Assembly (NCBI GenBank): GCA_003427395.1
Contig: BFEA01000001.1
Location: forward strand, 8,329,887-8,393,886
Reading direction: 5' to 3'
Source of the DNA: Chara braunii
Taxonomy: Eukaryota; Plantae; Charophyceae
DNA: 64,000 nucleotides
Positions 11,441 through 24,900 of the stretch are shown here, piece by piece. The notes under the pieces were generated by a model, which saw only the letters and a list, made by a program, of their open reading frames with translations, did no database searches and was not told the DNA's origin. The position numbers and the translations under genes were made by a program. Position 1 is the stretch's first letter. Each line of letters opens with the position of its first letter.

Positions 11441-11723
11441 GTGTATCGTCTATCTGCATTTACACGTGGCAGCCGCTCAGCGTAGTAGTAGTCGTAGTAT
11501 TAGTCTTCGTAGTAGAAGTTGTACCAATCACGCCGGTCACGGAGCGCGCGCACGTGGGGGCTCGGCTCGCTCCTTTCTCCTTCACCCACGCGCCAGGTTG
11601 CTGGTCGATGATGCTGAGAAGGTATAACGGTTTCCCACAGCAAACGCTTGTGTTAGGAATCAGAAACGTTCGTCGGATGAACCTGGCCGGAGTGCACGGA
11701 TACATACGGCACTGGTTGCCTCA

Positions 11724-11754
<31 letters not shown>

Positions 11755-12277
11755 TCAGAAAACGTTCGCAGTAAGAGAGAGAAAAACCGTTTGGTGGTAT
11801 TCCCTCCTCCTGTTCTCTTGCTAGCGAAGCCGCAACAGATACTACGACGTTATCGAAGGGATTTGTTACTTTGCTGGCTCGCCTATCTTTTTTTTTCCCC
11901 TGTCCCCACGTGTCGTCGTCCTCAGGGATGATGTGGTCCTCAGGGATTGCTTGTAAGATGCTGCTGGCCAGCCCGCGGTCTCGATTGACCATGTGATTCA
12001 TGCTCGTCTGATTACCACACTCGCGCTCTCTCATCCTCGCGCTAAGGAGGTAATCTTAGGCATATAATACTCAACGGCATCGGCTTGGTTGACCTTATTT
12101 GCACACGTGTCAGCCCGCCATGGGGCCATCACGATTGACGAAGCCTTCCTATTCGACCCGGTTCTCCCATTATGATTATCCACTTCCTGCACGTGCGCGT
12201 GACACAATCAGTCTAAACTACGGGGTTTGGTCAACATCCCACCCAGTAATAGATTGATCAATCAAGCAGTCGATCCC

Positions 12278-12313
<36 letters not shown>

Positions 12314-14123
12314 GTCCCATTAACAAGTCGATCACATTAGTCAAACAGTCTATCTCATTAATCAATTGATCAATCGGTCTGAAGCACAGGGCTCAGTAAA
12401 ACCAGTTGGTCAATCAAGCAGTTGCTCACATCAATCAATCAATCAATCAATCCCATTAATCGGTAGGTCCCAGTAATCAAGCAGTCGATCTCATTAATCA
12501 ATCCATCAATTGGCCTGAAGCACGGGGCTCAGTAATCAGTTTGATCAATCAAGCAGTTGACCCCATCAATCCATCAATCCGTCAATCCCATTAATCAGTC
12601 GCTCCCATGCATCAATCGATCCCGTTAATCAAGCAGTCGATCTCATTAATCAATCGATCACTCAGTCTGTAGCACAGGGCTCAGCACATCCTTTAATTAG
12701 TCGATCAGTCGGCCTCAATTACAGGGTTCAAGTCCGGAGCTCGTTTGTCTTGTACCGTGGGCACTGATTCGAACTTAAGCACTTCGATGAAGTGTCGTCA
12801 ATTGCCGAACATTCGCTGACAGGAATCTTCAGGCAGCCGATTCAGGCAACCGATTAATGAATCTGTTGGATCACGAAACTGATCCATCGTTTTGTTGTTC
12901 ATTTATTCAGATCAATTAATCAAAACCAATCATTCAATCATTCAATCATCCAATCAACCAATCAACCGAGTTGGTGATCGACCAACCAACCAATTAATCG
13001 ATGAACTAACAAGTCGGTCATTTACAAGCTAGCTACTTAATCATCGGCATGGGGACGGGTGGCATTCGCCTCGGTGAGTTCCTGCCGGCTTGCCACGTGT
13101 GGGACGTGAATAGGCCGTGTGTCGTACGCCGCATGTTCTCGCTGTTGGGCTGTCAAACTATATATGATATCAGCAATCAAGGACAATAATGCTTGATACT
13201 GAAGGATCTAACACGGTTCAAAAGAGTACATACTCACGGGAGGACTTGTTGGACTGTATCTGGCTGTGATTGCGGTCATAGGAGGCCTCCGGAAAAGTGC
13301 TGGTGTGTGAAATAGTACTCTCGACTCTCCACTATTGGCCGACTTCTAGAGTGGTCTGTACCATTCTTCACGCAACAACAACGTGCTTTTCGGAGCGTTA
13401 GTATAGTGTAGTAAAACGTCTTTCAGCCTTCGGGGGGGGGAGGGGGTTCTGTTCTTCTGCCCCCTGATTCCGTTGAGGAGAGGGAGGCAGGGGGGGGGGT
13501 TCTGTTCTTCCCCACCTGGTTCCATTCGCAACTACAACGTCTACCCCTCTGCCCACCTTCTTGCTTGCCGCCCCTTTGTGAAATATAACGATGCTGGACT
13601 GCTCGTTGAGCTGCGGATCATTCGTTCATTTAGCTGGTGTTACATGCGATTCTCATATCAGATGTCAGATATGTTGTGTGTGCTAAAACGCTCATTTACT
13701 ATTGCCGCTTTGACATATAAATAGTATCTATCCAATTGCTATGTAATGANNNNNNNNNNNNNNNNNNNNNNNNNNNNNNNNNNNNNNNNNNNNNNNNNNN
13801 NNNNNNNNNNNNNNNNNNNNNNNNNNNNNNNNNNNNNNNNNNNNNNNNNNNNNNNNNNNNNNNNNNNNNNNNNNNNNNNNNNNNNNNNNNNNNNNNNNNN
13901 NNNNNNNNNNNNNNNNNNNNNNNNNNNNNNNNNNNNNNNNNNNNNNNNNNNNNNNNNNNNNNNNNNNNNNNNNNNNNNNNNNNNNNNNNNNNNNNNNNNN
14001 NNNNNNNNNNNNNNNNNNNNNNNNNNNNNNNNNNNNNNNNNNNNNNNNNNNNNNNNNNNNNNNNNNNNNNNNNNNNNNNNNNNNNNNNNNNNNNNNNNNN
14101 NNNNNNNNNNNNNNNNNNNNNNN

Positions 14124-14174
<51 letters not shown>

Positions 14175-15445
14175 AAAATCAGTTATTTGCGGGCTAAGAA
14201 CTGTATCAGCCCGTTCATTTTTCATAATCGATGGTCGCAAATGGTTGTTAGGATTGCACACAGGCACGTTCATTGGCATCTCCTCTTTTTAGGGGGCCGA
14301 ACGCCAGCTTGGTTGGCTTGTTCCTGCCTGTCTTGCCTGTGTTTCCTTGTGCTCCGTTTTACATCTGTTCAGTTCGGTCTGGAATATTAGTTTATTTGAA
14401 TTATTTGCCAGTATGATGTGTCTTCCTGGCTGAGTTGAGTTCACGCAGTTTATTAGGTATGGTTTGCCATTTGACAGGTAGCTGCTGTTAGCAGTAGCGT
14501 GTCAACATGGCTGTTCTTTAGGATAGGGCGTGTGTAAGAAGTGTGTCTCAAGTTCCCACGGCTCATATATGATTGACGTGCACAGGGCGAGGCCCCACGG
14601 CTGGTATGTGCAAAATGCTACTAGGCACGAACCTGGCGGCTCTTGCAGCCACAGCCAGATTCACGCTTTCCAAAGTGCGAAGATGGCCCCGGCAGGGCAC
14701 GGCCCATCGCTTCGAGTAGTTGACAGTAGCGACTCGCTCTACGTGCTAGCACTTCCCTTGCAGTTCCACTTAGCACACGGTCATGGTCTTGCGCGAGGCA
14801 GAGTATGAAGACCTAGCTGCAGACATGGAAGATGTCTGTCGTCGCTGAGGCGGATGAATGTACGAAATGTGGTGGGCACAAGTGTCTATGCTGCAGATTC
14901 ATAATTCTGTTGATCGTGCACAACCGAGAATGCGTAGGCGGATTTGCGATGCTGTTGATCCCGCACAATTGAGAATGCAGGAGGTGATGTAGCATTTGTC
15001 ACACTAGCTGTGTGTTGCTGCTCTTGGCTGTTGCTATGTTAGAAGACTGGCATGCCTTCCATCTTTCTGGCATCGGTCGGACTAGCGGTGTGTTTGTGGT
15101 ATGCATGCCTAGTCCTGGGCGGTGGCCATAGCTACAAAGGAGTAGGAGAGTACTCTGGACTGGAGAGGTTGGCGGTGGCGATAGCCACAAAGGAGAGAGA
15201 GACTTACCTGGGCGCCATAGATGGGACTTCATTCTGGTCTTGGACTGACCTACTTCAGCGATCTGCATCAGTAGAGTCATCATCCTTCACTGATCAGTAT
15301 TCGTAGGCATCATCATCAGGAGAGAGAGAGAGACGGGAGGTGTCTGGAGCTCTTCTTCTTCTTCTTCTTCCTGATTCTTCTTCCGACGCTCATTAGCCAC
15401 TACTTCCTCCTTATTACCCCCCTGCCCCCCCCCCCCCCCCCACCA

Positions 15446-15481
<36 letters not shown>

Positions 15482-16701
15482 ACAGTATTTTGGGCCTGAT
15501 AGTACCCAGGATTCAGATTCGACATTTGAGGAGACGATCGTTGGACTTTGCTGGGAGCGACTATTGTCAGCTAACTCGAGCTATTGTTCTTGTCTTGTCC
15601 CTTCTTTCTCCCACCTCCATCATCTGTGGTTCTTTTCCTCATATGTGTGTGAGCAAGGAGGGAGCTTTCATCCATGCATGTACGCCCGCTTTGCCCTGCT
15701 GCATGTGTGATGATGTCTGTGTGTCGAGCTCGGAGTCCGACTGAGTCAGATCATGATCTGAGTCTTCTGCTGTGCTACATTGCCTTACATTGTCTTGCTT
15801 TTGCTTCGCATTGCTAGTCTTTGAGTCTTTTGTTCACATTGGTGGTCTTTGGAGTCTGCGCACTGCCAAAAATCGAAGGGTCTGCTCACACTAGTTCTAT
15901 GTGAAATGTACCTGACCGCATTTCCGCCCCGATTCTGAATGTATCTGACCGCATTTCCGCCCCGATTCTGAATGTATCTGACCGCAATTACGTCCATAAA
16001 TAAGTAAGAAAGCCCTAGTGTGAGTATATGCCCAAAAACAGTTTTGGATGCCACTCCTCTTCATGGAAGTGGATCGCAGACATGTGACGAGGTTCTCTCA
16101 CCTCAATGGAAACCTAACTTGTTTTCTTTTCGCATTCTTTCTTAGTTCACTTCCATGATTGTCTCTAACTCCCGTCTTTGCTTCAAACGACTGTAGTTGA
16201 TTGATGGAACAGCGTGACTGTTGCATGACACCTCCATGGAAGAAGGGGCAACCTTTCATGGCAGTGTCTCCATCCCCTCCCATCAGGATGAGAAATCGTG
16301 ATCTGTTTCATCAACTTTCATGGCAGTGAAATGTGTGTAGTAGTGTACCATTCGGTGACATGGGGGGCTGGTGACTTCATTCCTTAATTGATTCCACGAA
16401 TCTCTCTACGGTCTTCACCCCCCAAATAGATAGAGCGCATGGTCAGTATAGCTGTATTTTGGCGAAACTTTCAGTCTAGACACGGCGATAATTGCTGTGT
16501 GTTGTGTATTGCACTCGCGCGAGGATGGTAGCTTTGCTGCTGTGCAATTAGTCATTGAAACAGAGTATCGGTACTGTGTTGATGTTCGTGCGTTGACAAG
16601 CAAAAGGCGGAGCGAGATTGGCGGGAGTGGCAGAAAAGTTTTACAGTGATTTATGTGAGCTGACGGAAACCCTTGGAATTTGGCGCATCGTGTGAAAGCA
16701 G

Positions 16702-16918
16702 ATATGGCGGAAGCTTTGGCGATGGACATTTGGCCGAGGACCAAGCACAGATGGTAGCAGCAGTGGGTGCAGTTACAAGTACGCTGATCCGCCGCCGGAG
16801 GTCTTCGTTGAAAACTGGGAGCTTTTGACGGTGTACAAGGAGCCGAACTTTGGTCCCGGCCCTTCAACGGAGACATTGGTCATGACAGGCAGCGTATCTA
16901 AACAACAAATCCCAGTCA
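16702..16918 (+). CDS. Metallo-beta-lactamase-fold hydrolase, internal exon A (boundaries approximate)
   Basis: ENWELLTVYKEPNFGPGPSTETLVMTG resembles the W...Y.EPEFGP segment I recall from plant LACTB2-like hydrolases; cag acceptor at 16701, several possible donors 16914-16922. Confidence 0.6.
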
Positions 16919-17841
16919 GTAGGTATCAACCCCATCTCTGGGAAGATGGGCATCTCTTTGCAGGTCTTCTGCCCTCATTCCTATGGTTAATTAACTATAA
17001 AGGAATGAACAAGTTACCGGTCAAAGGAAAGTAGCCTCGCTGGGACATCGCGATAACAAAATCATTCCTGTGAACGAAGCATTAGCCGTAGAAGATATCC
17101 CATTAGCTGATAGGGGGCCAGATGTTGGAATAGCCGATGCCATTGGAGGGCAATATCAGAATATCTCCTGCAGGGGCCTAGTTCTTGCCAAAGCGTCAAA
17201 CCACCGCGTGAAAATTGCCAAAGTGGCTGCGTGAAAATTGCGGGATTACCGGTGGGCCCACGGTTTCGGCCTCCGGTCGCCACCCTCCCTCAAAACCCGC
17301 CCGAACTCACCGGGAGGGCTATTTCCTGGTGGCGGAGGGAGTGGTGGCTTAAACCGCTCGTACACGGCCACAGCCTTGCAGAAAGGAAACGCGCCGCCTG
17401 CTCCGGAAATTTTGGGGCCATATTGTCGCTGTTGATAAATTTCATCAGCGGCCTCTGTCGTGTTTCCGGCCTCTGAAAGTCGAGCTCAGGGGCAAGCGGG
17501 TGTACTGGTGGTTCAACCGAATACCACCTTACTCCACTGAATACAACACCCGTCCATTATAGGCGTATTTTGGTTACAACTTTCAGGCCAGATACAGATA
17601 TAATGACAGGGCGCTGTGGTCTGGGGAGGAAGGTGGCGACGAGCCTTATGTTACACCCTTATATAACTTCGAAGTGTTAGACAGATTGCGAGCATTATCA
17701 CAACAAGTCACCAGATGACAAGTCCCGAAGGAAGCCCCAATGTGACCACCTGGCATATAACAAGAGGAGGCGGGCCTGGCAATAACAGTACCATCGGTGA
17801 ACTAACTCGACGGTCGGTGTTAAAAGGAGGAAATCCCGCTA

Positions 17842-17946
17842 CCGTCTTCACCCGAATAGAACGTCCGGTCATTATAGCCGTACCTGGACTGAAAATTGCA
17901 CCAAATACGACTATAATGACCGGGCGTTCTATTCGGGGGAAGACGG
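17842..17946. mobile_element. 105-bp Tc1/mariner-type MITE (copies 39996-40100, 58912-59016, 62123-62227; degenerate ~8180, ~16410, ~17545, ~46400, ~56530, ~56700)
   Basis: TIR ccgtcttcacccgaatagaacg / cgttctattcgggggaagacgg, TA target duplication, identical 105-bp length in four copies. Confidence 0.88.
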
Positions 17947-18329
17947 TAGTCGAGCAAGTATTGGGGCCCACAGAAAGTGAGGTATACTAGTTGGCTAGGA
18001 TGTCCCCACTGTAACGCTGCATGAACTGGTCGCAGACTCAAAATATGAAACATGTCTGACTGGTGAGTTGACGAAAAGAAGGGGAGGACATAGCCAAGAC
18101 TATACTCGAGACACTCGATAGGCCCAGCTATGGTGAAAAACATTTCTGACTGCGGAATTGGGCGAGCCTATCGAGCGTAGCAGAGGTCTGGTCTGTACGG
18201 CTTCCCAAAGCCAAGGCCAGACGTTGATCCTGACTCTACAAATGGTGGTCAAACTCTCTTTTGTTCTTTCATTTCTCTGTCTGCTGTTTGCCCATTCGTC
18301 TTCCAGTCCGTTGATGCATTGGTTCGTTA

Positions 18330-18403
<74 letters not shown>

Positions 18404-19389
18404 NNNNNNNNNNNNNNNNNNNNNNNNNNNNNNNNNNNNNNNNNNNNNNNNNNNNNNNNNNNNNNNNNNNNNNNNNNNNNNNNNNNNNNNNNNNNNNNNN
18501 NNNNNNNNNNNNNNNNNNNNNNNNNNNNGGGGGGGGGGGGGGTGACTGTTTTGTTTTTTGGATAGCGAGGGAGTTGAAGTTGGAGAAGGACATGAGTTGG
18601 GCAGGCCATTTCTTCTGTTGACGTGCGGTGTGATCAAACCAGTGGGTAGATCAGCAGGTTAACATGTGACAAGAAAGACAGAGAGAAGAGAGAAGAGAGA
18701 AGGAAAGGGGGGGCGCCATGTGCATGTGTGCAACAATCTGTTCATTTCATTGGCATTAGCATTATCTTCTGTATGAAGTTTTTTTTTTCTTTTTTCTTTT
18801 TTTTTTTGGTGGTGAGTGAGGCCGCTCCTGGAACCCGCGCCACACCTTTTTTCTTTTTTTTTGGTTATATCTTCTGAGTTCTTAAACCACCACCACCTCC
18901 GATCCTGTTTTGGCGGAACTTGCGCACCGAGTTTTTCCGAGCCTGGGTCCCATTGTATTTTATTATTTTCTGGTACTCGCGGCCATTACATCAAAGAACG
19001 AACAAGAAGGAGAATAAAAAAAGAATAAGAAGGGAAAAAAAAAACTTAAAAAATAAATTTCCTTGACGGCGTGATAGCCATCAGAATGATCAGATACATT
19101 CTAGGAGGTGCTGGTGAGACTGTGCTCTCAGTGAGGGCGTCTGTCCGATGAGATGAAGAGCAAAAAAAAAGAACTTCCCTTATGCTGTGATCGCGGTCCG
19201 ATACAGGACCCTACTAGAGTACTGGTGTGAGTATGAAGTGAGTGAGGCACTTCGTTACCCCTCGTGGAATGCGCCCTGCCTCGCCGGCAGGGCACAAAGA
19301 GGAAACTGAAACAAGAAAAACAAATACGAAATCATCAGCAGTCGCGTTTCTCACATACTGGCCAGATACATTCCTCAAAGCACTGGTGT

Positions 19390-19891
19390 TGTTACGTACT
19401 CAGCCAGGGCTCGATCCCTGGTCCGCAGGTTATCACCCGCCAGGCTGTATTTTTGAGTCTCTGATCTCCAGTTCCTGACTGTTGGCGCCCTCTGCAGTTG
19501 GCGCCCGTTCTCAAATCCCACCTCTGCCACTTTCAGATTTCGTACTTGGTGCCATCCGGCATTCTGGCGCCCAGGCTCAGACCTTCGATTTTCAGTTCAG
19601 CCCCAAGGCAATTGCACTTTTGCCCTCAGACTCAACTTGAGTCCGGTACTTAAGAACGGACTCGAGCTGAGTTCGGGGACTCAGTTTTCAGCCTCAGTGC
19701 TTGTGCTTCCGTGTGACTTGCTGCGACATTGTGTACGGAACCAAGCTTGCGATTTTGCGACTTTGCCACTTTGTGTTCGTGTCCGTCGAGTCGTGTCGAG
19801 TCCGTGTCGAGTGAGTGAGTGTGTGTGTGTGTGCTCTCACTCCCTCCCCCTCTCTTCCCCGACCTTGCTGCTCTGCCTTAGCCCTGTCACA
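19390..19891 (+). repeat. 5' LTR
   Basis: tgttacgtactcagcc...gccctgtcaca, homologous to 29206-29708. Confidence 0.95.
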
Positions 19892-19892
19892 C

Positions 19893-19904
19893 TGGTATCA
19901 GAGC
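19893..19904 (+). promoter_or_regulatory. Primer-binding site (initiator tRNA-Met)
   Basis: TGGTATCAGAGC one base after the 5' LTR. Confidence 0.95.
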
Positions 19905-20810
19905 GGCTTCGGCCCTCCCTCCCGCCCTGATTCATCATCGTCCTTGCCATCGACCTCGTCGCCGTCACTGTCACGTCATCATCGTCGTCGTCGACCCCAT
20001 CGCCGTCGTTGCCACGTCATCGACATCATCGTTACCTCGTTACTGTCGTCGTCATCGCCAGATCATCGCCATCGTCGTCATCGTCAGCATTCCCTCGTAC
20101 CCTCTGCTACGTCATCGTCACCACTGCCGCTGCCATCGACGACACGCAGGTAAGCCCCCGACAAACTTTTTTTTTCTCTCTCTTCGTCCTCGTTTCTTCT
20201 TCTTCTTCTTCTTCCCCTTCTCCTTCACCATCATCGTCCACATTTCCTCTTCCCCCCTCCCCGTCGTCATCATCTCCTCCTTCTTCCTCCTCTTCTTCAT
20301 CGTTTTTTCTTCATATTCTTCTTCTTCCTCTTCTTTCTCGCTCCCGATTCTTCATCTTCTCCTTCTTCTGCCTCTGATTGTTCTCCTTCCGCACCCGATT
20401 CTCTTCGCCCCCCCCGTAGCCTACCCGACCCCGTCTCCCCGACCTTGAACCTCCCTCCCCCCCGCGCACCGACTTCCTCCGCGACNNNNNNNNNNNNNNN
20501 NNNNNNNNNNNNNNNNNNNNNNNNNNNNNNNNNNNNNNNNNNNNNNNNNNNNNNNNNNNNNNNNNNNNNNNNNNNNNNNNNNNNNNNNNNNNNNNNNNNN
20601 NNNNNNNNNNNNNNNNNNNNNNNNNNNNNNNNNNNNNNNNNNNNNNNNNNNNNNNNNNNNNNNNNNNNNNNNNNNNNNNNNNNNNNNNNNNNNNNNNNNN
20701 NNNNNNNNNNNNNNNNNNNNNNNNNNNNNNNNNNNNNNNNNNNNNNNNNNNNNNNNNNNNNNNNNNNNNNNNNNNNNNNNNNNNNNNNNNNNNNNNNNNN
20801 NNNNNNNNNN

Positions 20811-20844
<34 letters not shown>

Positions 20845-21939
20845 ATCTACCCGTGCCCTACCTACCACGCTACCACCCAATCAATCGTAGCTAGGATTGG
20901 TCCGCCCTCGATTTACATCAAAACTCTATTTTATTATTATTATTATTATTTTTTTTCTAGAATCCATTTTGAATTTTCTGTAAATTCAAAAATACTCAAT
21001 TAACCATCTTTCTCGACATTTCTTTCTCAAAATTATTTTCTTTTCGAAATTTTCGAAAATGCATAGGATTAATCATTCGTTCTCGGCATTTCTTCTTCAA
21101 AATTCGAAAACAATTTTAATTAATTCTTTTTTGAATTTTTTGTAATTCGAAAATATTTTAGAATTAATTAAAATCTTTTTTGACATTTCTTGTTCGAAAA
21201 ACATTTCTAATTTATTATTTTTTAAAATTTTTGAAATTACGTCTTTCTTCTTAATCAATTGTTTTTTGGAATTTTTGTAATTCGAAAATATTTTAGAAAT
21301 TAACTGAATTCGTTTCGTTCGAATTAATTAATTCTTTCTCAACATTGCTTTTTTTTAAAACTTGAAATTCATTCTTTTTCAAAAAATTTGAAAATACGAT
21401 ATAGTTAATTGAATTCCTTTTCAATATTTCGCTTTCGGAATTCAAAAATAATTCTAATTATTTTTTTCTCTCGTATATTTTAATTCATAAAATTGAAAAT
21501 TCCCTTTTCGAAATTTGTTCTTTTAAATTTGAAAACGTCATGTGATCAATTCTTTCTCAAAATTCTTTCTTGGAATTCAGGAATATTTTAGAATTACTTA
21601 ATTCCTTTTTCAAAATTTTCACGTTTTCTTGTTAAATCATACCCCAAAATTAATTTCGAATAAATTTAAACCCAAATCATAATTTATTTCTCTTCGAAAC
21701 TAATTGTTTCCTTTTTCCTTTTTTTGATATTTTCAGCGAAAATTTCTTGGAAAATTTCGTTTTGCAAGTTTCTCGTTCGGGTTCTTTTTTATTTCTTTCC
21801 GAAAGCGTATTCTCAAATTAATTTCGAATAACTTTAAATCGGAATTTATTTATTTTAATTCTTGTTTTGCTAATTTTTTTTTTTGTAAATTATCTTCTTT
21901 TGATGCTCTTGTAAATAGGACCACCCCCCTCCCCGGGGC

Positions 21940-24900
21940 ATGCCACGCTCAACCAGGAACTCTCAATGCGCAGCCGCCGAAGCCGCCGCTGCTGCCACCG
22001 CCTCCACCTCATCTGCTGCTAACTCCTCAGCTGCCGCTACCACCGCTTCCTCCCCCACCATGGCTCAATCATCCAGCATTGATATGTCCAGCATCCGCAC
22101 CGACTTCGTCGATAGCATCGTCCGCAACCTCGTAGGTGAGCAAACACCAGCACCCGATGCCGCCATCGACCTCGCGACACTTTTCCGCATGATGACATCC
22201 CTTCAATCATCCATGGACGACATCCTACATTCGTTTCCTCCATTTCTGCTCGCGTGACCACCATTTAAAGTCACACCCCCGCCATCCAGGTCGTCACCAC
22301 CACATCCCCCCCCCTCACCTCGGGTGCCACCACCCTTCTCCCATCCTCCGCCTCCACATCTACACCAATCACCCCGTCCGCCACATCCACCCCCCTCTCC
22401 GCTAGCACATCATCCACACCTCAGCTTTCATCCACCACTACCTCCACCTTGGTCTCCAAGACGACAACCCTCGCCGTCACGCAGTCATCAACCATTACCT
22501 CCCAGTCAAAACCCCTCATGACTTCATCCACTATCACTTCCACCCATACCCAGATCACCCCCACACCTCAAGCCTTGCTCCCCCCGTTATCCCAATACCT
22601 CCTCCATCCACACTCCTCCCGACCAATCCCACTACCGACTTCACCCGGGTACCGTCCTCCTTACCCAAACTTGATTTCAACACCCTCGCCACCACAACAC
22701 CCTTAACGGGTAACGTTCCCCTTTCCTTCCAGTCAACGGATATCCCCCCCTTCACTGGCCTTCCCCACGAGGACGTCTTCGTTTTCCTCAGCAGACTATA
22801 CGATGCCTTCTCCCTCCACAACATCCCTGTCACACACACTGGCTCCCTATTGCCAGCACCAGGCTACAGGAAGGCGCTGCTCGTTGGTGGTACACCGAAC
22901 GAGCTAACCGCCAACACGCAAACGAGGAACCCCATTCCTTCCTTCAATGGGCCAATCTCATCGCCTGCACATTCCAACCACACAAAATGGTCGATGACTA
23001 CTTTGAGCAACTTTGTTGTCTTCGACACAACGACTCGACCGACCGCTTTGTCTAATACGTCCGTGCGTTGCGGCAACACATCCCCCTTGACTACGTCAGC
23101 GATGCCGCATTCATCTCCTGCTTTAAACAGGGATGCCGCAAGGACCTAGCCGCCTCCCTCGTCCACGACCCCCCAATGCCCCTCTCCGATCTCCTCAACC
23201 GCGCCATTCACCTAGACAAATTCGTCACCTCGTACAAGGACGCACTCGCATCCGCCTCACCCGGCCCACGATTCTTTCATAACATTGTTGACGAAACATC
23301 TCTCTGCCTCTGATGAGTTCTCTGCCCCCGACCCCCGGCATCCTCTCCGACCCACTAGACACCACATCACTCTCCTCTGACGAACTCTCCGCCATTCACC
23401 TCATGCGAATGGAAAAGAGAGAACGCTCCAGCCATCCTCTCATGAACACCCACCCAACCCATCTCAAGAAACTCATGCTGGAGGAGCGAACCTACCTCCA
23501 AGCAAAGGGTGGTTGTTTCCGATGCCGATAGTTAGGACGTCTACAGACAAACTGTCCAAATGCCGGATATTTTACAGGTTAGGCACCCAGGTTCGCGGCC
23601 CCCCGACCCGCCGTCTCCACATCCGCCACTCTCAGTCCCTCCTCCTCATGAACACCGTCCCAGGATCACCATGAACCTGTCCCGGCATCGACGACTAGTC
23701 TGCCGGTCATCCCATCGGTGACAACCTCCACCCCACCAGTGGCCCATTTGGCATCGACAATACGTTTGCCTGCCCCCTCTTCGGTGCCGCATATCCCACC
23801 GGACGACCCCTAGGTGTCGCAACCCTCGACGCTTGACACCCCCCTCATTGCCACATGTTCCGCAGCCCTCCTTCCAAATCCATCCTTTGTCACCTTCTCT
23901 GATGTTGTTGAGGAACAAGTCTGACTCGATCGGCTTGTTCGATTAGGCAATGAACAACGCCGCCTCAACACCAGTATCTCGATCGCCAACTCATCACACT
24001 TTCACCTCGAATTCATCACCGCCACCCTTGGTGCGTCTACGACTAAGTTTCGGTCCCTCCTCGACATTGGAGCCACTGGTAACTGCATCACCGACGCGTG
24101 TGTCCGGAAAGCCGGTCTTACCTATACCGGTTATGACTCCCCGATTACGATTCGTTTAGGGGACAAAGACACTGCCGTCGTAGTAGACCGCACGGTTCCT
24201 GAGACCACCATGACTGTTGGAACCCTCCGCAGTGAGGTCTCATTCGATGTCATGCACTTAATGTGCAACATCGTTTTGGGAACACCGTGGCTGGATCGCT
24301 ACATGCCATACTCGTTCCACCCCAACTTCATCCGCCTTACCAACCCCCCTGACACAACCATCGACATTCCCTATCTTCCCTATCCCCCCTCCCCAAGCTC
24401 CGTCACCGCACACCAATTCCTTCACATGGCTCGTACGTACCCTAACTCCACCTACTATTGCCTTGTCCTTTATTGCGAGCGTCCGGAGGACTTGCTTCCA
24501 ATGGACAAACCCGACCAATTCCCCCCCTCCAACCCCGCCCTCACCTCCATCCTCGACGAGCTCAAGGACGTCTTCCCCGAGTCCTTACCCGCCGGATTAC
24601 CTACGGATCGTGGTGTGTCTCACACCACCGATTTGGAGCCCGGTCACTCTCCACCGTGCCGCCCTCCGCACCAACTCTCCGTCTCAGAAGCTGAAAAAAT
24701 GAAGCGGCAGCTCAATGAACTGCTTGAAAAGGGATTCATTAAGCCAAGTTCATCCCCCTTTGACTCCTTGAAAAGGGATTCATTAAGCCAAGTTCATCCC
24801 CCTTTGACACAAGCTGCCTTTTCGTCAAGAAAGGCGGAACATCGGAACTCTGGATGTGCACAGACTACCGCGCCTTGAATCGGATCACGATCAAGAACAA

